Virus record (IMG/VR): IMGVR_UViG_3300041583_000345
Span: 1-64,000 of that record
Source of the DNA: a virus
Length of the DNA stretch: 64,000 nucleotides
Reading direction: 5' to 3' (one strand)
A program made the position numbers and the translations under genes. Under the pieces are notes generated by a model. It was not told where the DNA came from. It did no database searches and worked only from the letters and a program-made list of their open reading frames with translations. Below are positions 21,183 to 32,134 of this stretch, piece after piece (the stretch's first letter is position 1; each line of letters opens with the position of its first letter).

Positions 21183-21703
21183 TTTTTAGTATCCTGGCTG
21201 CTTCTTGTATGGCTGCTGCTGGGTATTTTATTAGTATACTGTATGCTATTTTTTTAACTCCTTCGCTCAGTATAACTTTCCTTTGGGAAGTATCCCCTCC
21301 AAAAGGACGTTCGGTTACTGTTTTACCTCTATCAGGAGACTCGAATATCTTTAAAGATTTATCCCCCTGCATTTCATGCCATTTTTTGATTGAATCACTC
21401 ATAACTTTTATCTTTATGTTTTAGTTTTCTCCTATATACATTATCATCACCGTGATGTTTCTGTACCATCCTCCGTCTCGAAAGTTGAGCTAATTCCCCC
21501 ATCGAGTATTGTTCCTTTCCTATCTTCATTCCACGATTCTTCAAAATAAATAAAGTCTGTCATATATTAATAAATATACGAAATATTTACCAAAGAGGCA
21601 AGATATGGCAATAAAGAACCCCTCCGGTTGAGGGAAGGGTTGTTTAAATTCGCGCGTGGCACCTTCGGTGGAGGAGAAAAATGACCTCCCCCCGCCCATC
21701 GTA

Positions 21704-21871
21704 CTACTTGCTTTCTTCTACTGATGCTTTTCTGTATGCAGTAATAAGTTTCTTTAATTCACCCGCTGCTTTCCTAGCTCTCTGCTGGGATGCTTTTGTA
21801 GTTAAACTGTTGTTTTCTGATAAAACATTAAAGTTTGTTTCAATCGCTTCAAATAATTCATTTTTGTTCAT
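21704..21871 (-). CDS. histone H1-like Hc1 family protein (55 aa, below ORF-track cutoff)
   Basis: Manual translation MNKNELFEAIETNFNVLSENNSLTTKASQQRARKAAGELKKLITAYRKASVEESK; RARKA..ELKKL...YRK.S matches the short Bacteroidota Hc1-type proteins. Confidence 0.75.
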   Translation of the reverse strand: MNKNELFEAIETNFNVLSENNSLTTKASQQRARKAAGELKKLITAYRKASVEESK

Positions 21872-21892
21872 AATCTTTGTTTTAAAATTTAA

Positions 21893-23533
21893 TTAACCTA
21901 ATAGCATGTTAGGATCTATCCCTCCCATATCATTGTTTTTTTTCTCTTTTCCGTTTGAGACTACTGCCTCAGTTATTAATAACGTTCCTGCAACAGATGC
22001 TGCATTTTCTAATGCTAGTCTAGTTACTTTAGCTGGATCGATAATTCCACTGTTAAACATATCTACTAGTGTTACTGTTCTGGGATTATACCCTTGCCAG
22101 AAGTCGTTTTTCTCTATAATTGCTTCTTCAATATCCCCAATCCTATCATGATCGTATCCTGCATTTTCTAATATCTTATAGAACGGTCTTTCGATAGCGC
22201 TTACTATAATATCATAACCCACTGCTTCATCACCTTCTAAATCTTCAAGTTTTGATACTAACATCTTAGAAGCATTTAATAATGCAATTCCTCCACCGGG
22301 CACAATACCTTCTTCTAAAGCTGCTTTGGTTGCGTGTAAAGCGTCATCTACTCTATCTTTTTTCTCTTTCATCTCTACCTCAGTATGTCCTCCTACATGT
22401 ACAATTGCGACACCTCCAATAAAGGTAGATAATCTCTCCTGTAATTTCTCTTTCTCATAAGGAGATGTTGTTTCATCAATTTGAGTTTTAATTTCTTCTA
22501 CTCTTATATTGATTGCTTCTTCGTCTCCTTTTGCATCGATGATTGTAGTCGTATCTTTTGTGATAGTGATCTTGCCTGCTTTACCTAACCAGTCTGGTTG
22601 AAATTTATCCAGTCTCATTCCTTTTTCAGTTGATATTACTTTTCCACCTGTAAGGGTGGCGATATCTTCTAACATTGCTTTTCTTCTATCCCCAAATTCA
22701 GGAGCTTTTACTACAGCACAATTAAGAATACCTCTCATCTTGTTTACTACTAGGGTAGAGAGTGCCTCTCCGTCTATATCTTCTGCAATAATAAGAAGAG
22801 ACTTAGTTTGTTGTGAAACGCCTTCTAAGACAGGTAGTAACTCTTTGATTTGATTTAGTCGTTTATCTGTGATTAGTATCAACGGATCTTGAAGAACAGC
22901 TGTCATAGTGTTATTATCTGTAACAAAGTACGGAGACTTATAACCCCTGTTGAATTGAACACCCTCAACCGTTTCTAAATACGTTTCTCCTGTTTTTGAT
23001 TCTTCGATTGTGATAACACCATCACGTCCTACTTTATCCATTGCTGTTGCAATTAGCTCACCAACTTCAGTGTCGTTGTTTGCTGATATAGTAGCGACCT
23101 GTTTTAACTGTTCTTCGTCCGTGATCTCTTTAGATTCTCCTTCAAGAAACTCTACAACTTCTTTTACTGCTTTATCAATTCCTCTTTTAATTTCTACTGA
23201 GTTAGATCCTAGTTTGATTCGGTCTAATCCTTCTGATAGAATTGATTGAGCTAGTAGGGTGGAGGTAGTAGTACCATCTCCGGCCTGTTCTCCTGTTTTA
23301 ATTGCTGCTTGTTTCACAATCTGTGCTCCTAAATTTTCTACCTTGTCTTTTAATATAATGGACTTTGCTACAGTCACACCATCTTTAGTAGATACCGGCA
23401 AGCCGTTGTCTTGTTCTATAATAACGTTTCGACCTGAAGGTCCTAATGTAGATGTTACTGCATTTGCTAATTTATCTACTCCGGCTGCAAGTTTATTCCT
23501 TGCTTCTTTTGAAAATGTTATATTCTTACTCAT
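21893..23533 (-). CDS. groEL: chaperonin GroEL
   Basis: [30 protein letters not shown] motifs; 546 aa. Confidence 0.98.
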   Translation of the reverse strand: MSKNITFSKEARNKLAAGVDKLANAVTSTLGPSGRNVIIEQDNGLPVSTKDGVTVAKSIILKDKVENLGAQIVKQAAIKTGEQAGDGTTTSTLLAQSILSEGLDRIKLGSNSVEIKRGIDKAVKEVVEFLEGESKEITDEEQLKQVATISANNDTEVGELIATAMDKVGRDGVITIEESKTGETYLETVEGVQFNRGYKSPYFVTDNNTMTAVLQDPLILITDKRLNQIKELLPVLEGVSQQTKSLLIIAEDIDGEALSTLVVNKMRGILNCAVVKAPEFGDRRKAMLEDIATLTGGKVISTEKGMRLDKFQPDWLGKAGKITITKDTTTIIDAKGDEEAINIRVEEIKTQIDETTSPYEKEKLQERLSTFIGGVAIVHVGGHTEVEMKEKKDRVDDALHATKAALEEGIVPGGGIALLNASKMLVSKLEDLEGDEAVGYDIIVSAIERPFYKILENAGYDHDRIGDIEEAIIEKNDFWQGYNPRTVTLVDMFNSGIIDPAKVTRLALENAASVAGTLLITEAVVSNGKEKKNNDMGGIDPNMLLG

Positions 23534-23534
23534 A

Positions 23535-23843
23535 TTATGCTTCTTTTATAACTGCTAAAATTTCACGATCTTGTGCGATATAATACTCCTGTCCTTCGAA
23601 GTCAATTCGTAAAGTTCCTAATTTGGGAACAAGTACGATATCTCCTACTTTACAGGACCTAACTGTAATGAGTTTTGAAGGATCTAACTCGGACTGTCTT
23701 CCAGGTCCTACTGCTAGTACTTCGCCCATTTCAGGTTTTTCCTTCCCCATATCCGGGATTACGATATTACCGTACATCTGTTCTCCTTCGTCAATCGGTT
23801 TTAGAAGGATACGGTCATTTGTTGGTTGTAACTTTTTACTCAT
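23535..23843 (-). CDS. groES: co-chaperonin GroES
   Basis: LQPTNDRIL, GNIVIPD, GEVLAVGPG. Confidence 0.96.
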   Translation of the reverse strand: MSKKLQPTNDRILLKPIDEGEQMYGNIVIPDMGKEKPEMGEVLAVGPGRQSELDPSKLITVRSCKVGDIVLVPKLGTLRIDFEGQEYYIAQDREILAVIKEA

Positions 23844-24082
23844 AATTATTCAAATTCTATATCTGTTATGTCTTTAACAATATAATATTGTCCGTTATTT
23901 TTAAATGATCTATCACAATGTAAATACTCAACCCAAGCTTTTAATCCGTCGATATTTTCATTTACCTGACTCTCTTTAATAGTTCTTATTACTGTGTAAA
24001 GATTTCCGTGTATTTCTATAATCTGATTCATTAGAAATAATATATGAAATTTATTTCAATAAACAAACTCTTTTATATTTTA

Positions 24083-26446
24083 TCAGTGGCCTTCTGCCCA
24101 ATTGTTTGCTATCTCAGGTGGAGCTTTTAATGTTACCCCAGGAAGTATGGTTGTGTTTATCATAATCTCCTGTACATAAGGTGCGAACATTTCTGCATCT
24201 TTTTCATGAACATTTATAATAAGTTGATCATGAACCTGTGCTTGCACCTGAGCATCTATTCCTAACTCTCTGGCTTTACGGTTAATTACTAATGCTGCTC
24301 GGTTTACAACAGCTGCTGCTAATGATTGGAGTTGGAAGTTTAGACAGTTGTTAAGCCCATTTCGATAATCCCTATAAGCCTGTAAAACAACTACTTTTCC
24401 GTATCTTGATTCTAATTCTTTTCTAAATCTCCAATCTAGCATTCTATCCTGAAACTTAGTATAGGTTTTTTGTACTTTAGGTAAGTGTCTAACTCGTCCT
24501 AAGTAATTCTTAATATACCCATGAGCTTTTACTTGCAATCTTGAATCTTCTCTCCATTGTTTAAGCTGTGGAAAACCATCTAGATACCCCTGTACTAATT
24601 TCTCAGCTGTTTTTTGATCTACATCTAAAGTCATCTTAAGAGCATATGCTTCCATTCCGTAAGCAATTCCTAGTGAATAGGCTTTTGCTTTATTACGGGC
24701 GTTTGGGTCTAATTTCTTAAGGTAATTATCTGCCTTTTTATCTGCTGATACTCCGTTAGGAAATCTATCTCTATCTTCGTCTAACCTTTCTGTCTTAATA
24801 GCAACTGTAGAGTAGAAATCCCATCCTTTATTGAAGATCTCTTGAAGAGCTACATCTCCTGTTATTGAAGCAAAACAATGTGGTTCTAATGATTCGTAAT
24901 CTGAATCAATTACCTTTCTATCTTTTCCGGCAATCATGAACTTTCTAACTATATTCACATATTTCAGTATGATTGGTGCATCATCACCGGGTTCTAACGG
25001 TTTAGGTAGTTGCTGAGCATCTGAGCCATATCGTCCAGAGACTGTACCGTTCTGCTTAAAGTAAAAGTAATATTTTCCATCTTCTTGTCTATCTCTAAAT
25101 CTGTCTACATAGGTAGATTTAATCTTTAATAATTTATTATAAACACGTAGATTTTCTGCCCATGGATGTTCTTTGGCAAGCTCCTTTACCATATCCATAT
25201 CGAATTTATCTCTACCGGATTTAGTATTAGCTCCTTTTACTTTAGGTTCAATTCCCATATAACCGAAAACGATCTCGCCCAGATGTTTTTTCGACTGAAT
25301 ATTTAAATACTCTCCGTCGTTACTTTCTTTCCATAATGCCATGGAAATTCTGTGTCTTTCTAACTCGTCTATAAAGGACTCGTCTCCGGTTAATAGAAAT
25401 TGCTTTACTTTCTCTTCTTTTTCATTGGTAGGTTCAAATGCTTCGATATTCTTCTGTGTTAAAGAATACTTTCCTGTCTTCTCAGACTTTGAAAGGGGTA
25501 AGGAATACCTCTCGACTAAACTCTGTGCCCAATTACCTTTATGAGAAACAGGGTAGTTATCTGCTGCAGTATCTACTACCCATCTTTTTACTGCAGGAAT
25601 ATCTAGTAGAGATTTCATCACAATTTCTTTATTTTCTACTTGATCTATTAAAATTTCATCGTAAATCTTATTAATTAAATCAACATCTAAGTCCACACCA
25701 TATGCTTCCATTGGGACTGTTACTTCCCGGTAGATTGGCATAACTTCATCTTCGAAAAAGAATTTCTCTAACCCTTCCTCTTTAAGCTTCCCTAAATATA
25801 GGTTACATATACGTAATGTTAAATCCGTATCCGCACTAGCATATTTACTAAGTATACTAAGGTCTGCTTTAAAGATTTCGTAACTTTCTTTTGTAACCGA
25901 ACCTCCATTCTTCTTAATTGAGTCTTTTAATTCAAGTTGCTCCTGGTTGGCGGCTTCTTGAACGTCTAAACCTAAAGCTTCCTGGTTCATTATCGCTATA
26001 GATTTTAATCCAAATGGATTTCCAAAGCCAAAGGCTCCTTCTTCGTAGACTGTATGAACTAGTAAACCAGTATCAACCCAAATATCTTCTATAAGGTCTA
26101 CTCCAAAATAATTTTTTATAAACTGCACGTCAAAGGAAGCATTGTGAAATACAAGTTTTTTTCCTTTAAGCATCCTTATTAAATTTTTAGAGATTACTTC
26201 AGTGGATTGACCCCCTATAGACTGTAGTATAAGTTCTTCTCTGTGGTAATCCCAAACTAAGGTTGGTAAGTAAAATCCAACCCCTTCTTCACCGGACACT
26301 GACCATCCTATGATCTTATCTTTTCTAGGGTTTAGTCCTGTAGTCTCCGTATCGACTGCAATTATATCTGAGTTTTCAATATGTTGGAATAAGAGTCTTA
26401 AGGTCTCTTCATCTTGGACGGTGTAGTATTTTTTTTCTATCTGCAT
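24083..26446 (-). CDS. polA: family A DNA polymerase with 3'-5' exonuclease domain
   Basis: DTETTG, FHNASFD, YASAD; DYESLE motif A; KAYSLGIAYG motif B; QVHDQ motif C. Confidence 0.96.
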   Translation of the reverse strand: MQIEKKYYTVQDEETLRLLFQHIENSDIIAVDTETTGLNPRKDKIIGWSVSGEEGVGFYLPTLVWDYHREELILQSIGGQSTEVISKNLIRMLKGKKLVFHNASFDVQFIKNYFGVDLIEDIWVDTGLLVHTVYEEGAFGFGNPFGLKSIAIMNQEALGLDVQEAANQEQLELKDSIKKNGGSVTKESYEIFKADLSILSKYASADTDLTLRICNLYLGKLKEEGLEKFFFEDEVMPIYREVTVPMEAYGVDLDVDLINKIYDEILIDQVENKEIVMKSLLDIPAVKRWVVDTAADNYPVSHKGNWAQSLVERYSLPLSKSEKTGKYSLTQKNIEAFEPTNEKEEKVKQFLLTGDESFIDELERHRISMALWKESNDGEYLNIQSKKHLGEIVFGYMGIEPKVKGANTKSGRDKFDMDMVKELAKEHPWAENLRVYNKLLKIKSTYVDRFRDRQEDGKYYFYFKQNGTVSGRYGSDAQQLPKPLEPGDDAPIILKYVNIVRKFMIAGKDRKVIDSDYESLEPHCFASITGDVALQEIFNKGWDFYSTVAIKTERLDEDRDRFPNGVSADKKADNYLKKLDPNARNKAKAYSLGIAYGMEAYALKMTLDVDQKTAEKLVQGYLDGFPQLKQWREDSRLQVKAHGYIKNYLGRVRHLPKVQKTYTKFQDRMLDWRFRKELESRYGKVVVLQAYRDYRNGLNNCLNFQLQSLAAAVVNRAALVINRKARELGIDAQVQAQVHDQLIINVHEKDAEMFAPYVQEIMINTTILPGVTLKAPPEIANNWAEGH

Positions 26447-26487
26447 TTATAACCTTTCTAAGTCTACTTAAATATACGAATTATATT

Positions 26488-27075
26488 CTAATCCTCCAAC
26501 AATTCAGGAGGGTAATCTTCTTTTTTTATTTCTTTTCCCAAGTGTTTTTCTAACATTTGGAGTACTGCTAGTTTTTTACTTTTATCTCCTGTAAAATATG
26601 CCCAAGCAAGAGATCCTTTATGGTTTTCTATCTGCTGTTGAAAATTAGAACAAGTCTTTTCGATTAAAAGCTCATCATCTTTTTCTAATTCAAAATCTAT
26701 TTTATATAAACCTGCAAACTTAAGTAGCTCTAATAAATCCTCCTCTTCGTAGGATTGTTTCATTTTCTTGAAGTCTTCTTGCTTTCCTCCTTTATCTGGG
26801 TGAATATATTTGGAAAGGTGCTTATAAAGTTTTTTAAGTTTTGCTGGTTTAGTTTTTCGAGATTTTTGGTTAGTAGTTAGTTCTCCTCCTGGTGGTTCTT
26901 TTCTCATTTCACCTGTCTCTTCATTAACCCACATTTCCGCATTTTTATCTGCGAAGTATTTACCAAAGTATTTATTCCACTTACTTAGGTAAGTTGCAAG
27001 TTCATCTTCAGTTTCCTCTAATTCTAATTTAAGGAATTCATACTTATGGGTTAGTTTTTGGAGTGCTTTTGACAT
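26488..27075 (-). CDS. J-domain (DnaJ-like) protein
   Basis: KKLYKHLSKYIHPDKGG..EDFKKMKQSYE contains the HPD motif in J-domain helix context. Confidence 0.75.
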   Translation of the reverse strand: MSKALQKLTHKYEFLKLELEETEDELATYLSKWNKYFGKYFADKNAEMWVNEETGEMRKEPPGGELTTNQKSRKTKPAKLKKLYKHLSKYIHPDKGGKQEDFKKMKQSYEEEDLLELLKFAGLYKIDFELEKDDELLIEKTCSNFQQQIENHKGSLAWAYFTGDKSKKLAVLQMLEKHLGKEIKKEDYPPELLED

Positions 27076-27328
27076 TAGTTTTCACCGTACAAATCAAAAA
27101 CTACTGCTTCGGGTTCTTGTATTTCAACTTCTTCTTCTTTAAGTATAAACAGCTTACCATTCAAAGGTTCTAACCTGTAGTTGCCTTTAAATTTTGTTTT
27201 TCTCATGTATTGGGTCAATGTTGGTACTAACCCCTCCACGGTTATGTCTTTATCTATAGTTAATTGCCAATTATCTCCTGGTGGAACACGGATTGCAATT
27301 AATTCTGCTTTTTCTACTGTTTCTTTCA

Positions 27329-28231
27329 TTACTGACGTAGTGTTTTAGCAATTCGATAATTTGGGGATGTATAAAATTCAGGTATTAACATAGAATGTGT
27401 TGCCCTAATTGGGTTAATATCCAATCCCCCTCTTCGTGTATAAAGACATGATACCATTAGTTCTTCTGGTTTAAATGCTTCAGATAAATGAGCAAATATC
27501 ATTTCACAAATTTCTTCATGAAAATGAGAAACTGTTCTATGAGATACTATGTACCGGGCTAATGATTCCGCTGTAGGAACATTATTACCTTTAATGTTAA
27601 TGTATACATCCCCCCAATCTGGTTGGTTTGTAACTCTACAATTTGATCTTAATAAATTTGATGAGAATTTAATATTACCCGGTTTCCCTGTGCCTTCTAA
27701 TTGAGTTGCATCTGATTGAAATGATGTAAAGTCAATTTCGTCTAGATTAGCTACTTCGGCTACATCTTTGTAGCCTTCAAAAGAGAGTGCTGGTACTTCA
27801 TCAGAAGTTGAATAAAATGAAACTATGGTATCTGTTTCTAATAATTCATCTAAATCTCTTTTAACTCTAGCTTGGATACCTTTGATACAGTCTCTTGCCG
27901 AAATTCCAATTTTAGTCATATTAAATGAATTTAAATATAACTTTATAGATTTAGATTCTACGTGGTTTTCTGAATCTGAAGGGCATACAATTTTTAGCAT
28001 TCCTGCTACCGGTTGACCTTTAGATGTAATTGCTGATACTTCGTATGCATTCCATACATCTACACCAACAAATTCTTTTCCTGTTAATCCATAACCTTCT
28101 CGGTTTAAATAACGGGGGATTTTAACTAGTAGTTCAGGATTGTATTGATCTGAATATCCATCTCCTCCTACTTTCCCTAAATGTTTGCTAGCTAAAGCAA
28201 TTACTTCTTCGTAATTTTTAACGTTTGACAT
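27329..28231 (-). CDS. queF: preQ0 reductase QueF (long bimodular type)
   Basis: VESKSIKLYLNSF; RSNCRVTNQPDWG; FHEEICE; YTRRGGLDINP. Confidence 0.95.
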   Translation of the reverse strand: MSNVKNYEEVIALASKHLGKVGGDGYSDQYNPELLVKIPRYLNREGYGLTGKEFVGVDVWNAYEVSAITSKGQPVAGMLKIVCPSDSENHVESKSIKLYLNSFNMTKIGISARDCIKGIQARVKRDLDELLETDTIVSFYSTSDEVPALSFEGYKDVAEVANLDEIDFTSFQSDATQLEGTGKPGNIKFSSNLLRSNCRVTNQPDWGDVYINIKGNNVPTAESLARYIVSHRTVSHFHEEICEMIFAHLSEAFKPEELMVSCLYTRRGGLDINPIRATHSMLIPEFYTSPNYRIAKTLRQ

Positions 28232-28679
28232 ATCTATTTTTTTCTATTATTAAACTTGCAATTGCATATCTCTCTTTACTGTACTTTCTCATTTCACTCA
28301 TACCATTCATCTTAGGTATTTCCAAATCTTGTGGGCCCCATAGCCTTAAAACTTCCTTTTCAATATCATCCACTTTACCGGAAGGTAACATTGCGCTGGT
28401 ATTTACCTTAATTTCATCGTAGTACCCAAACATAGTATCTTTTATATATTCTTTCTCTTTTCCTTCTTTAAAAATAGCATGGTTATAAAGTATCCTATCG
28501 TAAGTTTCATAAAAGGCTGTTTGTCCTATTTTTACCACCTCTAATGTATACTCTTCAAAATATTTTCTGAATGTCATTAAGTATATCTTTGAAGCCCAGA
28601 GGGGTACTTTTTTCCATAGCTCAATCTGTGAATTCCTTTTTTGCAATAAACCTGGTTCTAGTTGTGTAAACATCCTATT

Positions 28680-29198
28680 TTAATTTATAAAATTTAAGAT
28701 TTGATTAACTCTTTGTAATGGTGACCCTGTTACGGTCAGGTAGGGGGTTTTTAAATCGTTTAACAGTTTATTAAAGGTATTGTCTACATCTTTTCTCCAC
28801 CCTTCATTAACGCTTCTTACTCCGTCATCGACAGATTCAAATTCAATAGGAAAATAAATATAATGTGTGTATTCGCTTTGGATTCTGTTCCAAGTAGAGT
28901 CTATGTACCTATTTGCTTCTTTGGAACAGTTAGGCATTAAAGAACTATACACTACTAAATCCATATAACATCTATCTAAAAGTAGATTATTAGGTTTTAA
29001 TAGGGCTTCTAAATGAAATGAACTAATAGCTAATTGAGTTTCAGAAGTTCCTTTTTCGTTAATAGGGAATCCGTAACTTTTAACTGTTCTAGTCGATTCA
29101 TTAATAAATTTATATTCTGGTAGTTTATTCAATAGTAATTCATAGACTGTGGTTTTACCCGTACTACTCGCTCCAACTAATGCAACTCTTTTTATCAT
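28680..29198 (-). CDS. P-loop nucleotide kinase/ATPase (AAA_28-like)
   Basis: GASSTGKTT Walker A; LLDRCYMD. Confidence 0.8.
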   Translation of the reverse strand: MIKRVALVGASSTGKTTVYELLLNKLPEYKFINESTRTVKSYGFPINEKGTSETQLAISSFHLEALLKPNNLLLDRCYMDLVVYSSLMPNCSKEANRYIDSTWNRIQSEYTHYIYFPIEFESVDDGVRSVNEGWRKDVDNTFNKLLNDLKTPYLTVTGSPLQRVNQILNFIN

Positions 29199-29244
29199 TC
29201 TTATAACCTATTACTTCTTATTAAAGATACGAATATTTTCCTTA

Positions 29245-29568
29245 CTATACAACTGGTGCAATAGTTAATTTTAACCCATCTAAATCTTCGGTTACCGGTA
29301 TTTGACAGGTGAGTCTGCTGTTGGGGTTCCTTATCATATATACGTCTTCTAGCATAGAATCTTCTTCATCAGTCATTTCAGGCAGTATATGGTCTGATTC
29401 TATATAACATTGACAGGTAGCGCACATTGCCATTCCCCCACATATGGCTTCTATTGGGAACTCATTAAGTTTTAGAGCTTCCATCATATTCATATTCATA
29501 TCAGTAGGGGCAGTCACTTTATGTTCTATTCCTTCTCTGTCTATTACTGTAAAGGTAATGTCTGTCAC
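29245..29568 (-). CDS. fdx: 2Fe-2S ferredoxin (ISC/adrenodoxin type)
   Basis: CGGMAMCATCQC...SRLTCQI. Confidence 0.93.
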   Translation of the reverse strand: MTDITFTVIDREGIEHKVTAPTDMNMNMMEALKLNEFPIEAICGGMAMCATCQCYIESDHILPEMTDEEDSMLEDVYMIRNPNSRLTCQIPVTEDLDGLKLTIAPVV

Positions 29569-30128
29569 TATACTGCTTTGCTTTTAAAAAACTGTACCCA
29601 AAGGTATAAACTCCTATCCCTTAAGACATCAAATAAATCATCTAAACTTTCTACTGTATGTGTATTAAATCTTTCGAAAGATTCTACACTACCTTCATCT
29701 ACTCCAGGTGTTACTTTATGAATTACACATCCCGCAGTTTCGTAGATACCTTTCTGGATGCCTTTGTAGGTCCTAACTTGAGGATCTTTTCCTTTAAGTT
29801 CCGGATAATCTACTATTAGTCCAGGGTGACCATTATAAATTGGATACGATTTGCATATCCCTTCAGGCATTATTCTTAACCAACCATGTAAGCTTATTAT
29901 GGGGTTTTTGTATGGTCTTAAAATAAGTTTAAGTTCCTCAGTAGTAGGTTTATTCTCTACAAATACTACTTTACCTTCTAACTCAGGATTAATAGTTCTA
30001 AGTTCTTTCGGTCTTTTATTTGTTACTATTAAATCCGGCCACCTATTTAAAGCTTTAGCTAAATCCACTATCTCAGTACCTGTTTGTGAAAAAAAAACTA
30101 TCCAAAATCTTTTTGGAATATTATTCAT
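29568..30128 (-). CDS. PurN-like formyltransferase (candidate preQ1 formyltransferase, DpdN-like)
   Basis: LHGWLRIM, YNGHPG, GCVIHKVTPGVDEG (N-x-H-P and D of the formyltransferase fold); sits among que genes. Confidence 0.8.
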   Translation of the reverse strand: MNNIPKRFWIVFFSQTGTEIVDLAKALNRWPDLIVTNKRPKELRTINPELEGKVVFVENKPTTEELKLILRPYKNPIISLHGWLRIMPEGICKSYPIYNGHPGLIVDYPELKGKDPQVRTYKGIQKGIYETAGCVIHKVTPGVDEGSVESFERFNTHTVESLDDLFDVLRDRSLYLWVQFFKSKAV

Positions 30129-30349
30129 TTTTATCCTTTCTATTTAAGTTATTATACTTTGTCCAGTCTGATCGATTTCTTTTTATATTAAGTTCTTCTA
30201 CTACTTTTAATATAACACTTTCTCCTTTAAGTCCCAACTCTATTCCAATATTTTTATAGCTAATCCAATCTTCAACATACCTTTTCCTTATATATTCTGT
30301 TTGGTCTTTATTAAAATTTGAATTTCGAGATACCTTTAAAATTCCTTTT

Positions 30350-31144
30350 TTATACATTCCAGGCTTTCCTAAAAGACTTAATGTTCTCTAGTACAGATTC
30401 AATAGGAATAGTACTAATATTTGTGTCGATAAGTGTGTGCAGTTTAACTGAAGGTTTATCCCATGTTAACCCTCCGTATTCACCTACTTTCATTCCATAT
30501 ACTACAGGGTTCGAAGTATCCATCGAATATATCCAGTTATAGTCTGAGTCCTTATAGAACTGACCTTCCCAATATAGTGAGCTTCCTAATAGATGGTGAG
30601 GTTTATTTACGTTTATTACACCGTCTCTTAATAGGTCTCCTAAAAGTTTAACTCTTCCTAACATCCAACTTACGTACTTGTTAGGATGAGGGACAGATAC
30701 GGTATAGTAAGAGTAATCAAAGGATATAGCTATCATATCAACTCCACTTATCTTATCCATATAACCATAACAGGCTTTTATTTGCTCATATGTTTTACCT
30801 TGAACTACTCCAATTTTCTTTCCCGGTACATCTTTCTGTCGTAAGTTCCAACCAGCCATATTAGACATCGTTCTTTTTGCATCTTCTAATGCATCGGGAA
30901 CTATATACCATTCCGGCTTTAAATGTTTAACCCATTTTACGAATCCTTCTTCATTGAATGCTTCTTCTAATTCAAATATAGAATTATCCAATATAACTTC
31001 ACGGCCGTTTGCTACTGCTTCTTCGAACTGTGCTAAGTATTGAGTATCTTCTTCGAAAAGGTGTACGAGAGCATAACTATAATCAGTTACACTTTCTACT
31101 AACTGGGAGATACTCTTCGGGGATTCATGTGCTATTTTAATCAT
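30350..31144 (-). CDS. TGT-fold TIM-barrel protein, candidate divergent DpdA (7-deazaguanine transglycosylase)
   Basis: ILDNSIFE, IVPD, GVVQG, HLLG and SMDTS in the order of TGT-superfamily strands; neighbours que genes. Confidence 0.65.
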   Translation of the reverse strand: MIKIAHESPKSISQLVESVTDYSYALVHLFEEDTQYLAQFEEAVANGREVILDNSIFELEEAFNEEGFVKWVKHLKPEWYIVPDALEDAKRTMSNMAGWNLRQKDVPGKKIGVVQGKTYEQIKACYGYMDKISGVDMIAISFDYSYYTVSVPHPNKYVSWMLGRVKLLGDLLRDGVINVNKPHHLLGSSLYWEGQFYKDSDYNWIYSMDTSNPVVYGMKVGEYGGLTWDKPSVKLHTLIDTNISTIPIESVLENIKSFRKAWNV

Positions 31145-31347
31145 CTAAGTTCTCTAATTTTGATAATTCCTCTACAGCTTCATTCATTTCTAACATAGAT
31201 TTTTGAATCAAACTCATAACACTCTCTAGTTCAGTTACTGTATTTGCACTTACAGACTCTAGGGCTTCGGCGACAGCTGCTTTTGCAACAGAAAGAGGAA
31301 CAGTCTCTAACTTTAAGTCGTGATTAAAAATTTTATGTTCGTCTAAA

Positions 31348-31866
31348 TTAATCATTGAAAAATTGTTTAAGGTTAGGTCTATAGTAGTTAATAGACTTCA
31401 TTACTTTTTTATCTCTTGATCTATAGACAATATACCTTCCTTCCGCAATTTTCTCAAAATGGCAGGCCTCACCTTGTTCCTTACTTCTTTTGCTGACGGT
31501 AAGTATGGCTTCTTCCTCAGTTGTACAAGCTTTTGACATATTACTTCCTTGTACTTCTTGATATGCTGGCCATATCTTATCTTTAAGGCCGTGTAGCATA
31601 ACACCGTTCCCAAGGGAAACATAAGTAATATCGCAAAGAGCGTCCAAAACTTCCACGATGTCTCCGTTTTCGCAAGCTTGTTTATATTCCTCAAGTTCTT
31701 CGAGGATAAAGTCATAGACAAATTGCCATTCTTTTTTTTCGGGGATAATGGGTTCATAGTTGTTGGGTTTTCCAAATGTAGCGTTAAATATCTCTACTTC
31801 GTTAACGAAAGGTACACTCATAGAAGCTTTACTACCTTTATTTTCGTTAAATAAATTTAATTGCAT
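31348..31866 (-). CDS. MazG-like nucleoside triphosphate pyrophosphohydrolase
   Basis: EELEEY...DIVEVLDALCDITYV; VQGSNMSK. Confidence 0.85.
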   Translation of the reverse strand: MQLNLFNENKGSKASMSVPFVNEVEIFNATFGKPNNYEPIIPEKKEWQFVYDFILEELEEYKQACENGDIVEVLDALCDITYVSLGNGVMLHGLKDKIWPAYQEVQGSNMSKACTTEEEAILTVSKRSKEQGEACHFEKIAEGRYIVYRSRDKKVMKSINYYRPNLKQFFND

Positions 31867-31921
31867 ATAACTTTTATTTTTTATTAATATAAGAAATAGG
31901 TCCCGAAGGACCTACTGTTTT

Positions 31922-32125
31922 TTAAATGACTTTTATAATTCTAGATTCTGTAAGGCTTATAATCTTAAATCCTGTTTCGCCTTCAGTTTCTAACGCTTTA
32001 TAGGTCTTAGCTTCTGCCTCTGTTCCTGTTAAAGCATCTACTAGGTATACTTCTTTAATTTTTTGAATTCTACCTCTGTCATTTTCTCTTTCGAATTGAG
32101 CGGTTACTTGCCAATACTGTGTCAT
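31922..32125 (-). CDS. DUF4494 family protein
   Basis: YLVDALTGTEAEAK pattern typical of this Bacteroidota-associated family. Confidence 0.75.
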   Translation of the reverse strand: MTQYWQVTAQFERENDRGRIQKIKEVYLVDALTGTEAEAKTYKALETEGETGFKIISLTESRIIKVI

Positions 32126-32134
32126 TTCTGTTTT

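Noticed and set aside
29568-30128. Ordinary purine-biosynthesis purN as an auxiliary metabolic gene
   Set aside because: No other pur genes, a divergent N-terminus and position among que genes favour a modification role
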